A stretch of DNA of 64,000 nucleotides from Felis catus (taxonomy: Eukaryota): assembly GCF_018350175.1 (NCBI RefSeq), contig NC_058368.1:190218001-190282000 (forward strand). The letters are read 5' to 3'. The notes under the pieces are model-generated. The model saw only the letters and a program-made list of their open reading frames with translations. It made no database searches and was not told the origin of the DNA. Shown here one piece after another: positions 50,845 through 62,884 of this stretch (within the stretch, counting starts at the first letter, position 1; every line of letters begins with the position of its first letter). The translations under genes were made by a program, and so were the position numbers.

Positions 50845-51223
50845 CTGGAGGAAAAAGGCAAGGGGTGAGATGGTCTAAAGTCAGTCTCCCCCAAACACAC
50901 TCCTTCCCCTAAACAAAAATGACCTGAAGGATGGTGAGCAGTTAAATGATGTGTGTGAGGACAAATGGTGGTCAGTGTGGCTGGCACATCATGGACCAGA
51001 GGAGAGATGGGTAGGAGATGAGACTGGGCAGTGGACAGAGGAAGACCATGACAGGCCATATAGACCATGGTGAAGAGTTTGATTTTAGTCTCCATGCCAT
51101 TGGAAACCATTGCTAGATTTGAGCAGCAAAGTGGCATAACATGGTGGCAAAATGGTATTTAAAGAACACAGCACAGAACATCATCCTGAAGACATCTTTG
51201 TGTATTCTTGTTTTGGCCACTCA

Positions 51224-51454
<231 letters not shown>

Positions 51455-51744
51455 CTACAAGGAGACTAATAGCCCTAGATAGAATGTTATCTTCTTGATA
51501 ATATAACCTAAAGATGGCAAATAGTATAAGCTTTAGACTTAGAACTTAGATCTTAAAGTTATTTCCACCCCGCTAATAACAACATAGGATATGCATTTAA
51601 AACCATGAAAAATGTTTGTGGGGAGAGATTATATGGAAAGAGGAAGGAAAATGGCATTAATCAAGATCTCAAAGAAAGTAAATGAAAGGGTTCTTGCAAC
51701 GCCTCAACTATTTTTCTCTACCTGATTGAGAATGTTTTATTGTT

Positions 51745-51862
51745 GGGGCACCTGAGTGGCTCAGTTGGGTAAGCGTCCAACTTCGCCTCAGGTCATGATC
51801 TCATCCTAAGTTGATCTCATCCAAAGTTGGCTGCTCAACTGACTGAGCCACCCAGGCACCCC
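51745..51862. mobile_element. Palindromic remnant of two opposed CAN-SINE 5' heads, no bodies or tails
   Basis: Plus-strand head 51745-51803 joined to minus-strand head 51821-51862. Confidence 0.85.
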
Positions 51863-51971
51863 AAATGGTCATTTTTAAGTCTGGGGAAGAATTAGGTACA
51901 TGGAAAGCCTATTCAGAATTTGCCCCAGACCTTTAGGGATGTGATATGACAGTCCTGAATGCACTGCTCAC

Positions 51972-52046
51972 CATATCTCAGTCCTGCCGTGACTGGGGCT
52001 TTCTGCCTCCAGGAACAAACTGGATACCGGAGTCGAGTGACCAGAC
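51972..52046 (-). CDS. ITK: ITK exon 11, (G)LVTRLRYPVCSWRQKAPVTAGLRY(G)
   Basis: 75 nt, CCAG| acceptor, ATG|GTGAG donor; end of SH2 and SH2-kinase linker. Confidence 0.96.
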
Positions 52047-52460
52047 CTGGGTGGATTAAAAAGTGAAAGGTGGCAGTTAGAGCTTTACTATAGCAACTGT
52101 TCAAATTAAACCACCAGGAAAAAAAAAAATAACCCAGTGCAAAAGCTATTTTTATTCTGGAAAACAAATCCCAACGCCCAATCACTGATATCACACTCCC
52201 TCCAACAAGAGTCATAAAAACAGATGGGCAGGTGGTGAAATCCCATGAGTCTAACCACAGAATTTGCTAGTGGAAAACATGCAATATGATCAGATATTCG
52301 GCATTCTTTTCTATTTGTAGATTTAGTTATTATTTATGGTCAGTTTGCCTGCAATGAAGAAACCCGGCTGGGAATTTGTCATTTTTTTTTCCCAAGTTCC
52401 CCAGTGAGTGCCCCCCCCGCCCCCACCGCCCCTGCCCTGGCCTTGTCCTTTAGAACTTAC

Positions 52461-52594
52461 CTCCTCCATTGTGTTGGTGGTAATTGATGAGGAGAGGGAT
52501 GGAATCAAACACATACTTTTCAGCCACATAATATCGCTTGGGGTTATCATTAGTTTCCTTGATGTGATAATGCTTGATACAGGGGTTGTTCTCA
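52461..52594 (-). CDS. ITK: ITK exon 10, ENNPCIKHYHIKETNDNPKRYYVAEKYVFDSIPLLINYHQHNGG
   Basis: 134 nt, TTTAAG| acceptor, GAG|GTAAGT donor; SH2 CD loop with the Asn-Pro switch. Confidence 0.96.
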
Positions 52595-53430
52595 CTTAAA
52601 CAAAAGAAGCATAAATGCAGTGATTATTAAGAAGCAATGTTTAGACACAAAAATGTCTACTGGTATCAGCTTCGTATGAGCTTTGTTTTTTACCCTCTCA
52701 GAAGGATGGCAGATATTAATCCTTACTGGACTTTGCTTATTGCCAAACTGCTTTGTTGTTACTTATTTTTTAATTACAATAGAATTTGAGATCTGGATTG
52801 GCTCTTAGATATTTTTTTACAGAGGAAGAAACAGAGGTATGGAGCGGGGCAGACAGCATGAGGGTCTTGCAGTCAGCCGGCTGGAACATGGCCACTTGAG
52901 CTCCATTGTCTCAGAGAGGCACCATCAGCTGTCTGAGCCTCGGTTTCTTCGATGGAAAGGAGCATAGTAATACCTGCCTTCAGAGCTGATTAGGATCAGA
53001 AACAGTCTGTAGGGTTCAGACACATGGTAAGGACTCAGTAAATGGTAGGTAGCTTTGTTAGCGGAGCCAGAACTAAATACGTATCTTCTCGCTTCTGGCT
53101 GAAAGTATCTTCTTTGTTAGCTGTGGGTTAAATGATAAACACATCAAATGCAGAGTCAAGTATTTTATTTCTTTAGAGCTCTGCACGCAGGGATGCTAAT
53201 TTAGGAGAGACAGTGGCGTCTGGACCCAGCTCTGTCACTCTCCAGGAAAATGACTTCAACGATGTCCTTAATCTCCCTGGCCTTGATTTTCTCAGAGGGA
53301 TCAGCAAAAGCACACTGTTTCGAGCCACCCCTCTAGCTCTTGCCCTGTCTGACGGTGCTGTGTGTGGCCTATTGCTCACCCACCTCAGAACTATCTCTCC
53401 CCACTTTGCTGAGCTGAGTTAGCACCGTAC

Positions 53431-53513
53431 CTTACAACGGCTTTAGTGAAAACAGACACGGTGTAAGTTCCTGGAGTCCTGGAATCTCGTACCATGAAGG
53501 CTCCTTCTTTGGC
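53431..53513 (-). CDS. ITK: ITK exon 9, AKEGAFMVRDSRTPGTYTVSVFTKAVV(S)
   Basis: 83 nt, CCAG| acceptor, AAG|GTACGG donor; SH2 FMVRDS (FLVRES-like) motif. Confidence 0.96.
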
Positions 53514-54579
53514 CTGGAATGGTTAGAAAATACAGAAGGTTAGTGATCCCAGGAAACCCGGCTCCTGCGTCCAGCTCTACTTTCTTGTCTGTGAAAGGAG
53601 AAAATACTATAGGCCAGCTTTGCACAGAGTAGAATTTCAGCAATAATGGCTAGCATTTCACCCGCTCAAGCAACAGGTATTTCTTAAGGTCCTACCATGG
53701 ATCAGAGACTTCTGGTGATGACATAAGCAGTGCATGAAGACAGATAAATGCAAGGCTGCCGTTTTGGAGCTCACCATGTACCAGGCTCATTACGGATATT
53801 GTCCAACCCTCACCACAACACTGCAGTCTAGACGTCACATCCTCAATTTACTGATGAGGACACTGAGTGCCACAGAGCTTCCGTGACTTTCCCACCATCC
53901 GCAACTAGTATGCGGTGGACCTGGGATTTGAACCTTGCACGTGGCATGTGAGCAAAGGCATGCTCATTCTGCTGCTCCAGGGTACCTCTGCGCAACAAAT
54001 GTTAGAAACCACTTCTCCATTCCCCTCCAAGGGCACAAAGCTTTCTGACCTGGAAGCTTTGTCAGTTTCTTCATGGGAATGTATTTATCAGGCCCTTTCT
54101 AGAGTGCTGATTTTGCTGCAGGGCAAAAGGAGAAAAAAACATGAAGTTCCTGGTTGCATGAGGGAAGTGGAGAGAAGGAAAAGCCCCAAGACTGTGCTCT
54201 TCACTCCCCTTGACAGTTTTGCCGGTGCTAATGAATCAAGCACAAGCAAATGGATATGCCAATTTATTCGTTCCTGGTGGAAACATTACAATCTGAACTC
54301 TGTTTTGAGTACATCACATCTAATGCTGTGTTCCTGCCCAGCTGTAAATGCATGCTGGTAATATTTGCAAAAGCTATTACTATGAGTTACTTAACTTCAA
54401 CATAGAGAGGGCCACAAGTGAAGGCCAGAGAGACACATGAGCCTCATGTGTGAGCCACATAGACTGGTAGCATATGGAGCACAGTATGTACGATTTAGAA
54501 CGATGCAAGCCCCTCCATCCCCAAATCCTCTCCATCCCCAAAGTGGATTGTCTACACACCGTGAAAGCAATACACACAG

Positions 54580-54716
54580 ATGGCCATGCTGTTTGAACCC
54601 TAGAATCTCAGCATTATAGGATGTTTAGCAGCATCCTTGGCTTCTATCAACTGGATGTCAGACACTGCCAAGTTGTCCCTGGGGGACAAAATCACCCCGG
54701 TTGAGAACTACTGATC
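54580..54716. mobile_element. MER20-like hAT-Charlie fragment
   Basis: ATAGGATGTTTAGCAGCATCC..GGC..CTA..CTGGATG..CAGACA.TGCCAA..TGTCCCTGGGGGACAAAATCACCCCGGTTGAGAAC.ACTG. Confidence 0.75.
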
Positions 54717-54906
54717 TGGCCTCACTCCCTATACTCCTGTGTCCCAAACTTTGTTGATTATCACAATCACCTGAAGAATCTGAAGCACAGAACAAGACAA
54801 AACAAAACAACAAACACCTAACCGTGCTTCACCCCATGCATATGACCTTTGAATCACCAGGACTGGCAACCTGGTTCGTGAACTTTTTAGAAGCTTGCCT
54901 TGTGAT

Positions 54907-54910
<4 letters not shown>

Positions 54911-54941
<31 letters not shown>

Positions 54942-55116
54942 GTTTATTTTGAAGGAGGGTGGGAAGGGCGGAGAGAGGGAGTGTGAGAATCCCAGGCAGG
55001 CTCCACGCTGTCAACACCAAGTCTGATGCAGGGATCGATCCCATGAACCAGGAGATCATGACTTGAGCTAAAATCAAGAGTCAGACATTTACATGACTGA
55101 GCCACCCAAAGGCACC
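54911..55116 (-). mobile_element. CAN-SINE whose tail carries an inverted-composition T27 run
   Basis: Reverse head at right; plus strand shows A27 (54911-54937) where a T-run is expected. Confidence 0.85.
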
Positions 55117-55234
55117 TGCTGTGCAATTCTTACCGACTTGCAGGTTTGGGCTCCACTGACTTAGCTGAACATGTAGCTCCTATTTGTAATATCCTGATGA
55201 GTAGTCTCTATCTTTAAACGGTAGTAAAACTGAG

Positions 55235-55360
55235 TAGGGAGCCTGCTTAAGATTCTTTCTCTTTCCCTCAGCCTCTCTCTCCTGCTCTCTCTCTCTCTCT
55301 CAAATAAAAAATAAGATAAAATAAATAAAAGAGGTTTTATAAATAAATAAATAAATAGAA
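55235..55360 (+). mobile_element. 5'-truncated CAN-SINE (3' half)
   Basis: GGAGCCTGCTTAAGATTCT..(CT)n..AAATAAA tail with no head. Confidence 0.7.
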
Positions 55361-55860
55361 ATAGCTTTTGAGGCACAATTTACATACCATGACATTCTCC
55401 CGTTTCAAGTGTACAATCCAATGATATTTAGTAAATTTACAGAGTTGTGTCACCATCACTACAATCCAATTTTAGAACATTTTCATTACTCTCAAAATAT
55501 ACTTCTATTTGCACCCTGGCCACACTAATATGCTTTCTGTTTCCATAGATTTGCCTGCTCTAGGCCTTTCATGTAAATGAAATAATATAATATGTGGTTT
55601 TTTGTGCCTGGCTCCTTACAGGTAGCATATTGTTTTCCAAGATTTATCCAAGTTGTAGCATGTATCAGTCCTCTATTCCTTTTTATGGCTGAATAATATT
55701 CCATCGTACGGATGTATCACATTTTGTTTACCTGTTCATCAATGGATGGACATTTGGGCTGTGTCCACCTTATGTGAATGGTGCACCCGTGTCTGGCTTC
55801 TTTTGATCAAACCACTTTTGTGATATTCGTCCATGCATTACATGTAGCATAGCTTATCTT
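55360..55860 (-). mobile_element. L1M 3' UTR fragment
   Basis: CAATTTACATACCAT..AAGTGTACAAT..CACCATCACTACAATCCAATTTTAGAACATTTTCAT; TTTTTATGGCTGAATAATATTCCAT. Confidence 0.8.
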
Positions 55861-55942
55861 CAGAGATTTCCCCCTTTATCAAATAATGAAGCTTTTGCTC
55901 TTGCCTCATTAGAATGGGATGGGTTAAACTCAAGGCAGGAAA

Positions 55943-56174
55943 GGGGCGCCTGGGTGGCGCAGTCGGTTAAGCGTCCGACTTCAGCCAGGTCATGATCTCG
56001 CGGTCCGGGAGTTCGAGCCCCGCGTCAGGCTCTGGGCTGATGGCTCAGAGCCTGGAGCCTGTTTCCGATTCTGTGTCTCCCTCTCTCTCTGCCTCTCCCC
56101 CGTCCATGCTCTGTCTCTCTCTGTCCCAAAAATAAAAAATAAACGTTGAAAAAAAAATTAAAAAAGAATAAAAA
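55943..56174 (+). mobile_element. Young felid CAN-SINE (SINEC_Fc-type)
   Basis: CpG-rich head GGGGCGCCTGGGTGGCGCAGTCGGTTAAGCGTCCG; 17-bp TSD TAAACTCAAGGCAGGAA at 55925-55941 and 56175-56191. Confidence 0.95.
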
Positions 56175-59100
56175 TAAACTCAAGGCAGGAAGGAACAAAA
56201 CTTCAGCAGAGGAAGATTTTATCTGCATATCTTATTCTAAAAGGGGAAGAAACAGACCAAAAAACCCCCAGACGTTTATCAAATGTTTGTGAAGAGGGGA
56301 ACGTGAACATCTCTTCTATTTAATTAGTAATGTTTTGTTGTTGTTCTTATTCTCCCAAAGAAGCCATTATTTTCTTAAAACAAAACAAAACCGTAATCAG
56401 AGTGGGGCCCAGCTGTGAACAAGAGTAATCCACAGATGTGAGAAAAAGGGGAGGTAATGTTTGCAGGCAGCTCGGCTAAGCAGGGGAGGTTCAGAGCTCT
56501 TCCCCCATCATACTTGCTCTAGGTGGCATTCAGTGAGGGTGACAGGAAACTCTCATGTGGGGCTGAGGCAGTCTAGAGTTCTGAGGAAAATGAGGCATCC
56601 AGCATGTGCCTTACCACTTACTTCCTGCAAAGGGCTCAGAGGAAGTCACAACCACTAAGAACACTGTAAAGGGTCTCTGTTCATATCACCATCATGCAAA
56701 GGGGGCACTGACTTGTACAGTTTAGCCAGAAGAGGGGCCCTTGTTCCTTGGGGCATTTTTAAGGTTTCAGTTGACCTTTTACTAATTTTCAAAGAGGCAA
56801 CAATAGGGGAAAAAGCCATGGAGATGGTGAAATATATGGATGGGAATTATGGGATGGGAGAATAGAACTTAGCTCATATAGTCTCTTGTTAACTGTGTGT
56901 GTGTGCATGTATATGTGTGAAGACGCACCCCTCCTCTAGTCCAGAACTATGCCGCTGATTCACACTCTGAACGTGGCCTCAGTTTACTCTTTTGTAACAC
57001 AGATGTTCTTCAAAGGGAATTCTTACTCTACCAGTCTATAATTCTGTGAATTCCAGCTGTTTCCTGTTTAAATGTATGAGCTTCGCTTTCCTCATCTGTA
57101 AGATTCCCTTTGTAAGGTTGTTGGGAGAATTAAAGTGTATAGAGCTGTTCCTGGAATATACCAGAACAATGACTGTTAGGGCTATCATTAGCCATTGTTG
57201 TCATATGCTGTGGTATTCTGTCTGTTGGAGGTATTAATTCCTCCAACACACGTGCGCGATGCTGTAAGCCATGAAATCCCTGCTTGCGAGGAATTTACTC
57301 TCTAACTAAATGGGTTAAGACAGAAAATAAACTGCTGAGGCCCAAGAGAGAGTGAGAACAGTGCCACTGGAGAAGTAATGACATTGCACCAGAAAGGTTC
57401 AAAGGACAGACAACCACGCTCCATGGCCAGGGAGATGGAAAGCATGAGAAGCTTCTTAGAGGAGGTGTTATCTGATGAATGGATAGGACGGTGTAGGAAA
57501 TGCTTTTCTGTAGTTCCTAAACTTGGGTAACTTCCAGAATCACCTGGGTGCCACCTCTGGAGGTTCTGGTTGGTGAGGCCTAGAGTTTGGAATCTGTGTT
57601 TCTATAAAGAACCCCCAGTGATGCTCTTGATCAGCCAGTTTCTCTTTAAGCATAGTTGTTAATTTAAAAACATTTTTTAAGCATGTAATGTATTTATTCA
57701 TTCAACACATATTTGTTGAGTAACTACTTTGTCATAAATACAGTTTGGGTTTCTAGGTGCAGTGGGAACAAGATAAAGCCTTTCTATTCTAGTGGAGAAC
57801 TGTGGATGGGGCAGTACATTAGGAGCTCTAGTTGATAAAAATCTATCAATCCATCTCTTAAGGGTCCTACACTTGTTAGATAACAGAGATACTAAACACA
57901 CCCACGAAACAATTCTGCTGTTGTTTCAAGCAGCCGACAATACAGGGACCCGCTGATGTTTGCCCTTATATTACCTAAGAAGGCAAAGAGGATTTGGTAA
58001 AGTAGTTCAGAATATTAGCACGGAGGAATGTTTCAACTGCCCCAGAAAGCAAAATGTATTTAAGTGTCTCCAAGGAACTGCTGTCGAACAGGAAACCTCT
58101 TCAGCTTGTCATTAAATGCGGGCTGTTTCAAGGGCTCCATGGGTAACACTTCATTAACCAATGTGTGATTGAAAATAACAAAACTGCACTTGTTTAAACT
58201 CCATATAATTCAGGTTTTTAATTAATTTTGCAATCCTTTCAATTAGTTCTTATCGGTTAGGTTTTGCTATGTTATCCAGTAACATAGCTTGGCTGTAGTA
58301 GGTAGGAGCTGAGCCCGCTGCATACGCATCATAAGTTTGGCTAGAAAACAATACGGATTCCCCGGAACTGACTCTGGAGATTCTGATTCTGTAGGTCTGG
58401 GTCGGGGCCTGGGATTCTGGATTTTTAAGTTTCCCAGTGGTACTAATGCGTGGTCTACTGGGGACCACAGGAAATCGTGAAGTGCAGAGTTGGTGTGGAA
58501 CCAAGGAGAAAGCAGGGTCCAGTAATGACTCAGATCGATTCCTCTTTCCCCCTATGAGATCTGACTCTTCAGAGTCGTCTCTGAACTCTGAGGCCACTGC
58601 CAGCCTGCCTCAGGCTCATAGTTTATCTTGGATTGTCCTCTGACTTTTCAGTTTGCCTTCTTTTTCAGTACAGCCTAAAGCTTGTCGAGGTCAAAGATCC
58701 TATCTCAAACACCCCTAAGTGCTTAGTCCTGTGCTCAGCAAAATGGTAAGGTACTTGAGTTTATAGCCAGATATCCTAATAAAGGAAATGGTGCACACAC
58801 GCCGAAGCTGAGAGGGCTGCTAACGGAGACAGCTGACATAGTGCAGGCTGCTGTTGTGTCCCTCACTGGTAAGCACACAGAGTCTTTTGAGAAATCCGTA
58901 AACAACTGAACTTGCTCTCTTTGATGAAAGCAAGCTGCCCAAGGGCAGAACATCTCACCTTGTCCTCTTTGCTAGCAGCTTGCTAATCGGCAACCTACCC
59001 GAAGAAGAAGAAGTTCACTGCTCCCCAGTATGACGATGGGTTTTTCCTTCTCCCCTCCCCTTTTCCTCTTACAGAAATTCTATTTTTGCCTTTGATGGAA

Positions 59101-60998
59101 TGAATCAATCTGTCACCAGTTTCCCCTTCTACAAAAGTAAATTGCATGCCAATAATAAACTGCATGCCTTTAAATTAATCTTTAACAATATTTATTAACC
59201 CTCCACCTTCCCATCACAGACTTTCATTCCCTTCCTGGCACCTTCCCAGGTCTCCTTCTCTAAATCTCATCACTAACTGGGCAAAGAGTGGCTACCAGTT
59301 TGGGTAGCCAGCTGTCCCAGTTTGTCCAGGACTGAGGGGAGGCTGGGATTTCTGGGCACAGGACTCTCAGTTTTAAAACTGGGACAGTCCCAGGACCAAC
59401 CAGGATGCGTTGGTCACCCCACCTTCATCCCGTGCAGGAGAGATTTGCAGTTTAATTTAAATTTCTTAGAGATAGGAAAACCTTTAAACCCAAACTAGAA
59501 GATATGGTGCAATGGCAGGGACAAGGTTGACATTTTGGCACAGGGAGACTAATGTTTCCAACAACACATACCTACAGTTTGCTGGTCTCATCGGTAAGAC
59601 TAGTGTTGGGCATGGGTCATTGATGTCTGAATATTAGACTCGTCTGGAGAGATTTTTCTCTGAATTATTAATGCTTAGATCCTACCAACTAGATATTCTG
59701 ATTTAATCCATCTGGTGTGGGGCTTGGGCATTGGTATTTAAAAAAAATGTTTCCCATGTGATTCTAATGTGCAGACAGGCCCGAGAACCACTGCTTTAGG
59801 CATATATGCTAGTAAATTAATTGATTGCTCCGTGGAAGACTTTTTTCTCAATACTTCCATACATTTGGTTTCTCTGAAAGAACTATAAATGTGCAGTTTT
59901 AAGTGCTACTCAAAGTGTGGTCTGCAGTTGGGTGCCAGTTGGCAGATTTTTGCTGGCCCACCACCAGACAGAAAGGGAAATTGAGAGAAAGCGGTTAGAC
60001 ATTTTTTACAGCACTCAGACTAATTTTGTGTCTAATAAATCAAAGACTAATAAAAAATTAAACTTGCAGGTTTTGTGTCCTTGCTTCTTTATTTTTTTTC
60101 TAGTAGTTCATTTTTATTTATTTTACACAGTATAAGCCTGTGACAAATTGGAAATTGAAAAACAACCGCAAAAAGTGATCCATCAACACAGGTATTTGAG
60201 AGGCACTGGCACAGAGTAACAAATGGCCTCCTGGTCCAGGAAGAGAGGGTTCACCTTGGGTGCCAAGCAACTGATGGCAGCTGCCTAGAGCACTGTGCTG
60301 ACAAGGATCTCAAAGCCATGGACTGTGATCAACAGCGTCACATAAGATCAGGAGCAAAGGGTGACAGTATGAATCCTGGCTAACTCATTGCTGATTTAGT
60401 CCAACTCTTGTCTTGTACTCATTGAGAAACTAAGACCCAGGAGGAAGAAACATCCCCAAAGCCACAGACTGTGTTGGTGACAGAACAGCGATTAGGACAT
60501 TTGCTTTTCCCACCACACCATGCTTTCTCTCTTCTCATCTCTTGCTCCCTTGATTCTGACATCCTTGGGCAAGATCAGTCCTGCTATCCACACTGCATGG
60601 CTCTTAAGAACTGGTGCATAAAAATAAATTAAAAAAAGTGATGTATTTCTCCTGGGCTACAGCCCAACCAAGTAGCATGTAAGTCACTGCCACCCCTGAC
60701 CTAGCCAGAGAAGCAGGCAAGGAAAACTAGCCCCATGGCTCCCCATCACAGACAGAAAGGTCACTATATTTGTCATGACAGTTGCATGTCAATACCAAGA
60801 CATGAGACCCTCCATGGGTTTCTTATCCTGTTGTATGCTAGTTTCTATAAATCCCCAGAATATTTTCACTGAACATGAAAATCACTGTTAATCTAATATA
60901 TCAACTTACTACATTGGCATAAGCCATAGTATGGCTGAAAAAAAAAAAAAAGCACAATTCATTTTATTTTAAGTCAAAGGCAGGTCAAGGAGACTTAC

Positions 60999-61053
60999 TG
61001 TGTCCAAAAGAAGTTTTTCAGCTTTGTCTCGGCTGATGCTCTTATTGTACCAC
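60999..61053 (-). CDS. ITK: ITK exon 8, WYNKSISRDKAEKLLLDT; upstream exons lie beyond the right edge
   Basis: 55 nt, TTTCAG| acceptor, ACA|GTAAGT donor; start of SH2. The ten exons sum to 1150 nt = 1 + 383 codons including stop, in frame. Confidence 0.95.
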
Positions 61054-61779
61054 CTGAAAGCAGGAAAAAGTCATATGTCAATGACAATTAACTTTTTAAA
61101 AATTATTTACTTGTAAGACATAATTAATTCTAGAAAATGATTTGGTCATTTTCTATTTGTACCACTGCATTCAAACTTAAAAACAAAGGTATGCACCATA
61201 TCCGGGTAATAAAATGTTTAACTGAAAGGGAACAAATGAATTAGAATTGGTAAAATAGAGATAATTTTTGAAGCTGGGTTTTGGGTATAATGGAGGTCCA
61301 TTATATTATTCTATTTTTATGCATGTTGGAAATTTTCCATAAGAAAGTTTTATAAAAACTTTATCTTCTCTATTTCATAAGTTAGTGGATGGTTATAAGT
61401 AGGATGATGCTAGGACAACTATAACAATTGAGTACAAATTTGAAAGTTTAGCCTTGTAAAATAATTGTAATATTTTCCTCTTTTAGACCTATTTTCAAAA
61501 TCTTCTGCAAAGTAATTACTTTTATAATTTTGGAGTCTGGTGAAAAAAACTTAAAAGTGGTAAAAAGAATATGAACGATTTTTAGGGATGAAATTTTTGA
61601 ATTTTGCTGTTAATACTTGAGGCACATCCTGGCCTCTCTGACCATTTATGAGATAGGAGGAAATAGAATGGTCATCAGTTAACAATCAATTTTGAATAGT
61701 ATAAATTTCAGAGGGGAGAACTTTTAGATGGGAAAGAACACCACTCACCAAACTTGTTGTCTACTAGAAAGTAGCCACA

Positions 61780-61977
61780 GGGGCACCTGAGTGGCTCAGT
61801 TGGTGATTTCAGCTCAGGTCATGATCTCACCATTTGTGAGATCTAACCCTACATTGGACTCTGCGCTGATAGCATGGAGACTGCTTGGGATTTTCTCTCT
61901 CCCTCTCTCTCCCCTCCTCCTCTGCTCGCTCTCTCTCTCAAAATAAATAAATAAACATTTAAAAAATTTAAAACATA
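61780..61977 (+). mobile_element. CAN-SINE with a small deletion in the head
   Basis: Head and tail; AAAGTAG(C/T)CA flanks. Confidence 0.88.
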
Positions 61978-62018
61978 AAAAGTAGTCAGAATATGGGAAT
62001 TAGTGGACCCATCTGAGC

Positions 62019-62256
62019 CTTTTTTTTTAAATACAGTAAGTGAGAGAGAGCACATGTGTGCACATGTGCATGTGAGCAAACAGGGGAGGGGCAGAGGAAA
62101 AGGGAGAGAGAGAATCTCGAGCAGGGTCCATGCCCAGCATGGATGTGGGGCTTGATGTGGGGCTTGACACAAGGTTCCATCTCATGACTGTGAGATCATG
62201 ACCTGAGCTGAAATGAAGAGTGGGATGCTTAACTCACTGAGATACCCAGGCTCCCC
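62019..62256 (-). mobile_element. CAN-SINE
   Basis: Reverse head at right, T-rich tail at left. Confidence 0.88.
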
Positions 62257-62739
62257 TACCTGAGCTTTTGAGTATCATACAACAGAATGGTATTTTATAC
62301 ATCAGCTGATTTTATACATCAGCTCTTGTAACTTAACTAGTGGAGGGATGGCAAATAGGCTTCATCTCTTGTGCAAGCTCTGATCAGTTCATCACAGCTG
62401 CCTAAAGATGTGCACCTGAGCTCAGTAGGTAAGTGTGTCACTATCTAAAAGGGATGTCAACCCTGAGTTCAGGCACCGGGAGGGAAGGGCAGCAAGAGTG
62501 CCTCCTTCATCTGTCTGACCCTTCATTTTAAGGAAAAGGGATCTGAGATCCAGCCTGGTGAGGAAACTTGCCCAAGGTCATGCCCTCAAGTCAGGGCAGG
62601 AAACCTGAAGCCAATCAATGGATTTCACAGCCCATGATTATGTTCCCAGATGGTACATTTTTGAGTTCTTACACAGATATCCCCTGAAAGTAGACAATAT
62701 TAAGTGCAAGGATAAAACATTATCATACTGGGTATTTTA

Positions 62740-62802
62740 TTTTTATTTATTTTTATTTTTTTTGAGATCATTTGAACTTTTTTGTTCAGGAAGACAGAAT
62801 AT

Positions 62803-62837
<35 letters not shown>

Positions 62838-62884
62838 TTTTCTAATATGAAATTTATTGTCAAATTGGTTTCCATACAACACCC
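62740..62884 (-). mobile_element. Extremely 5'-truncated felid L1 3' end with two A-tails (candidate 3' transduction)
   Basis: Perfect 17-bp TSD TCATACTGGGTATTTTA at 62723-62739 and 62885-62901; GGGTGTTGTATGGAAACCAATTTGACAATAAATT matches the recalled felid L1 3' terminus. Confidence 0.8.

Noticed and set aside
50472..51137. 221-aa ORF as a single-exon kinase fragment
   Set aside because: Only 50628-50844 is ITK exon; the rest is open intronic sequence
62292..62324. Direct repeat ATTTTATACATCAGCT x2
   Set aside because: Simple two-copy slippage duplication with no spacer array or other structure
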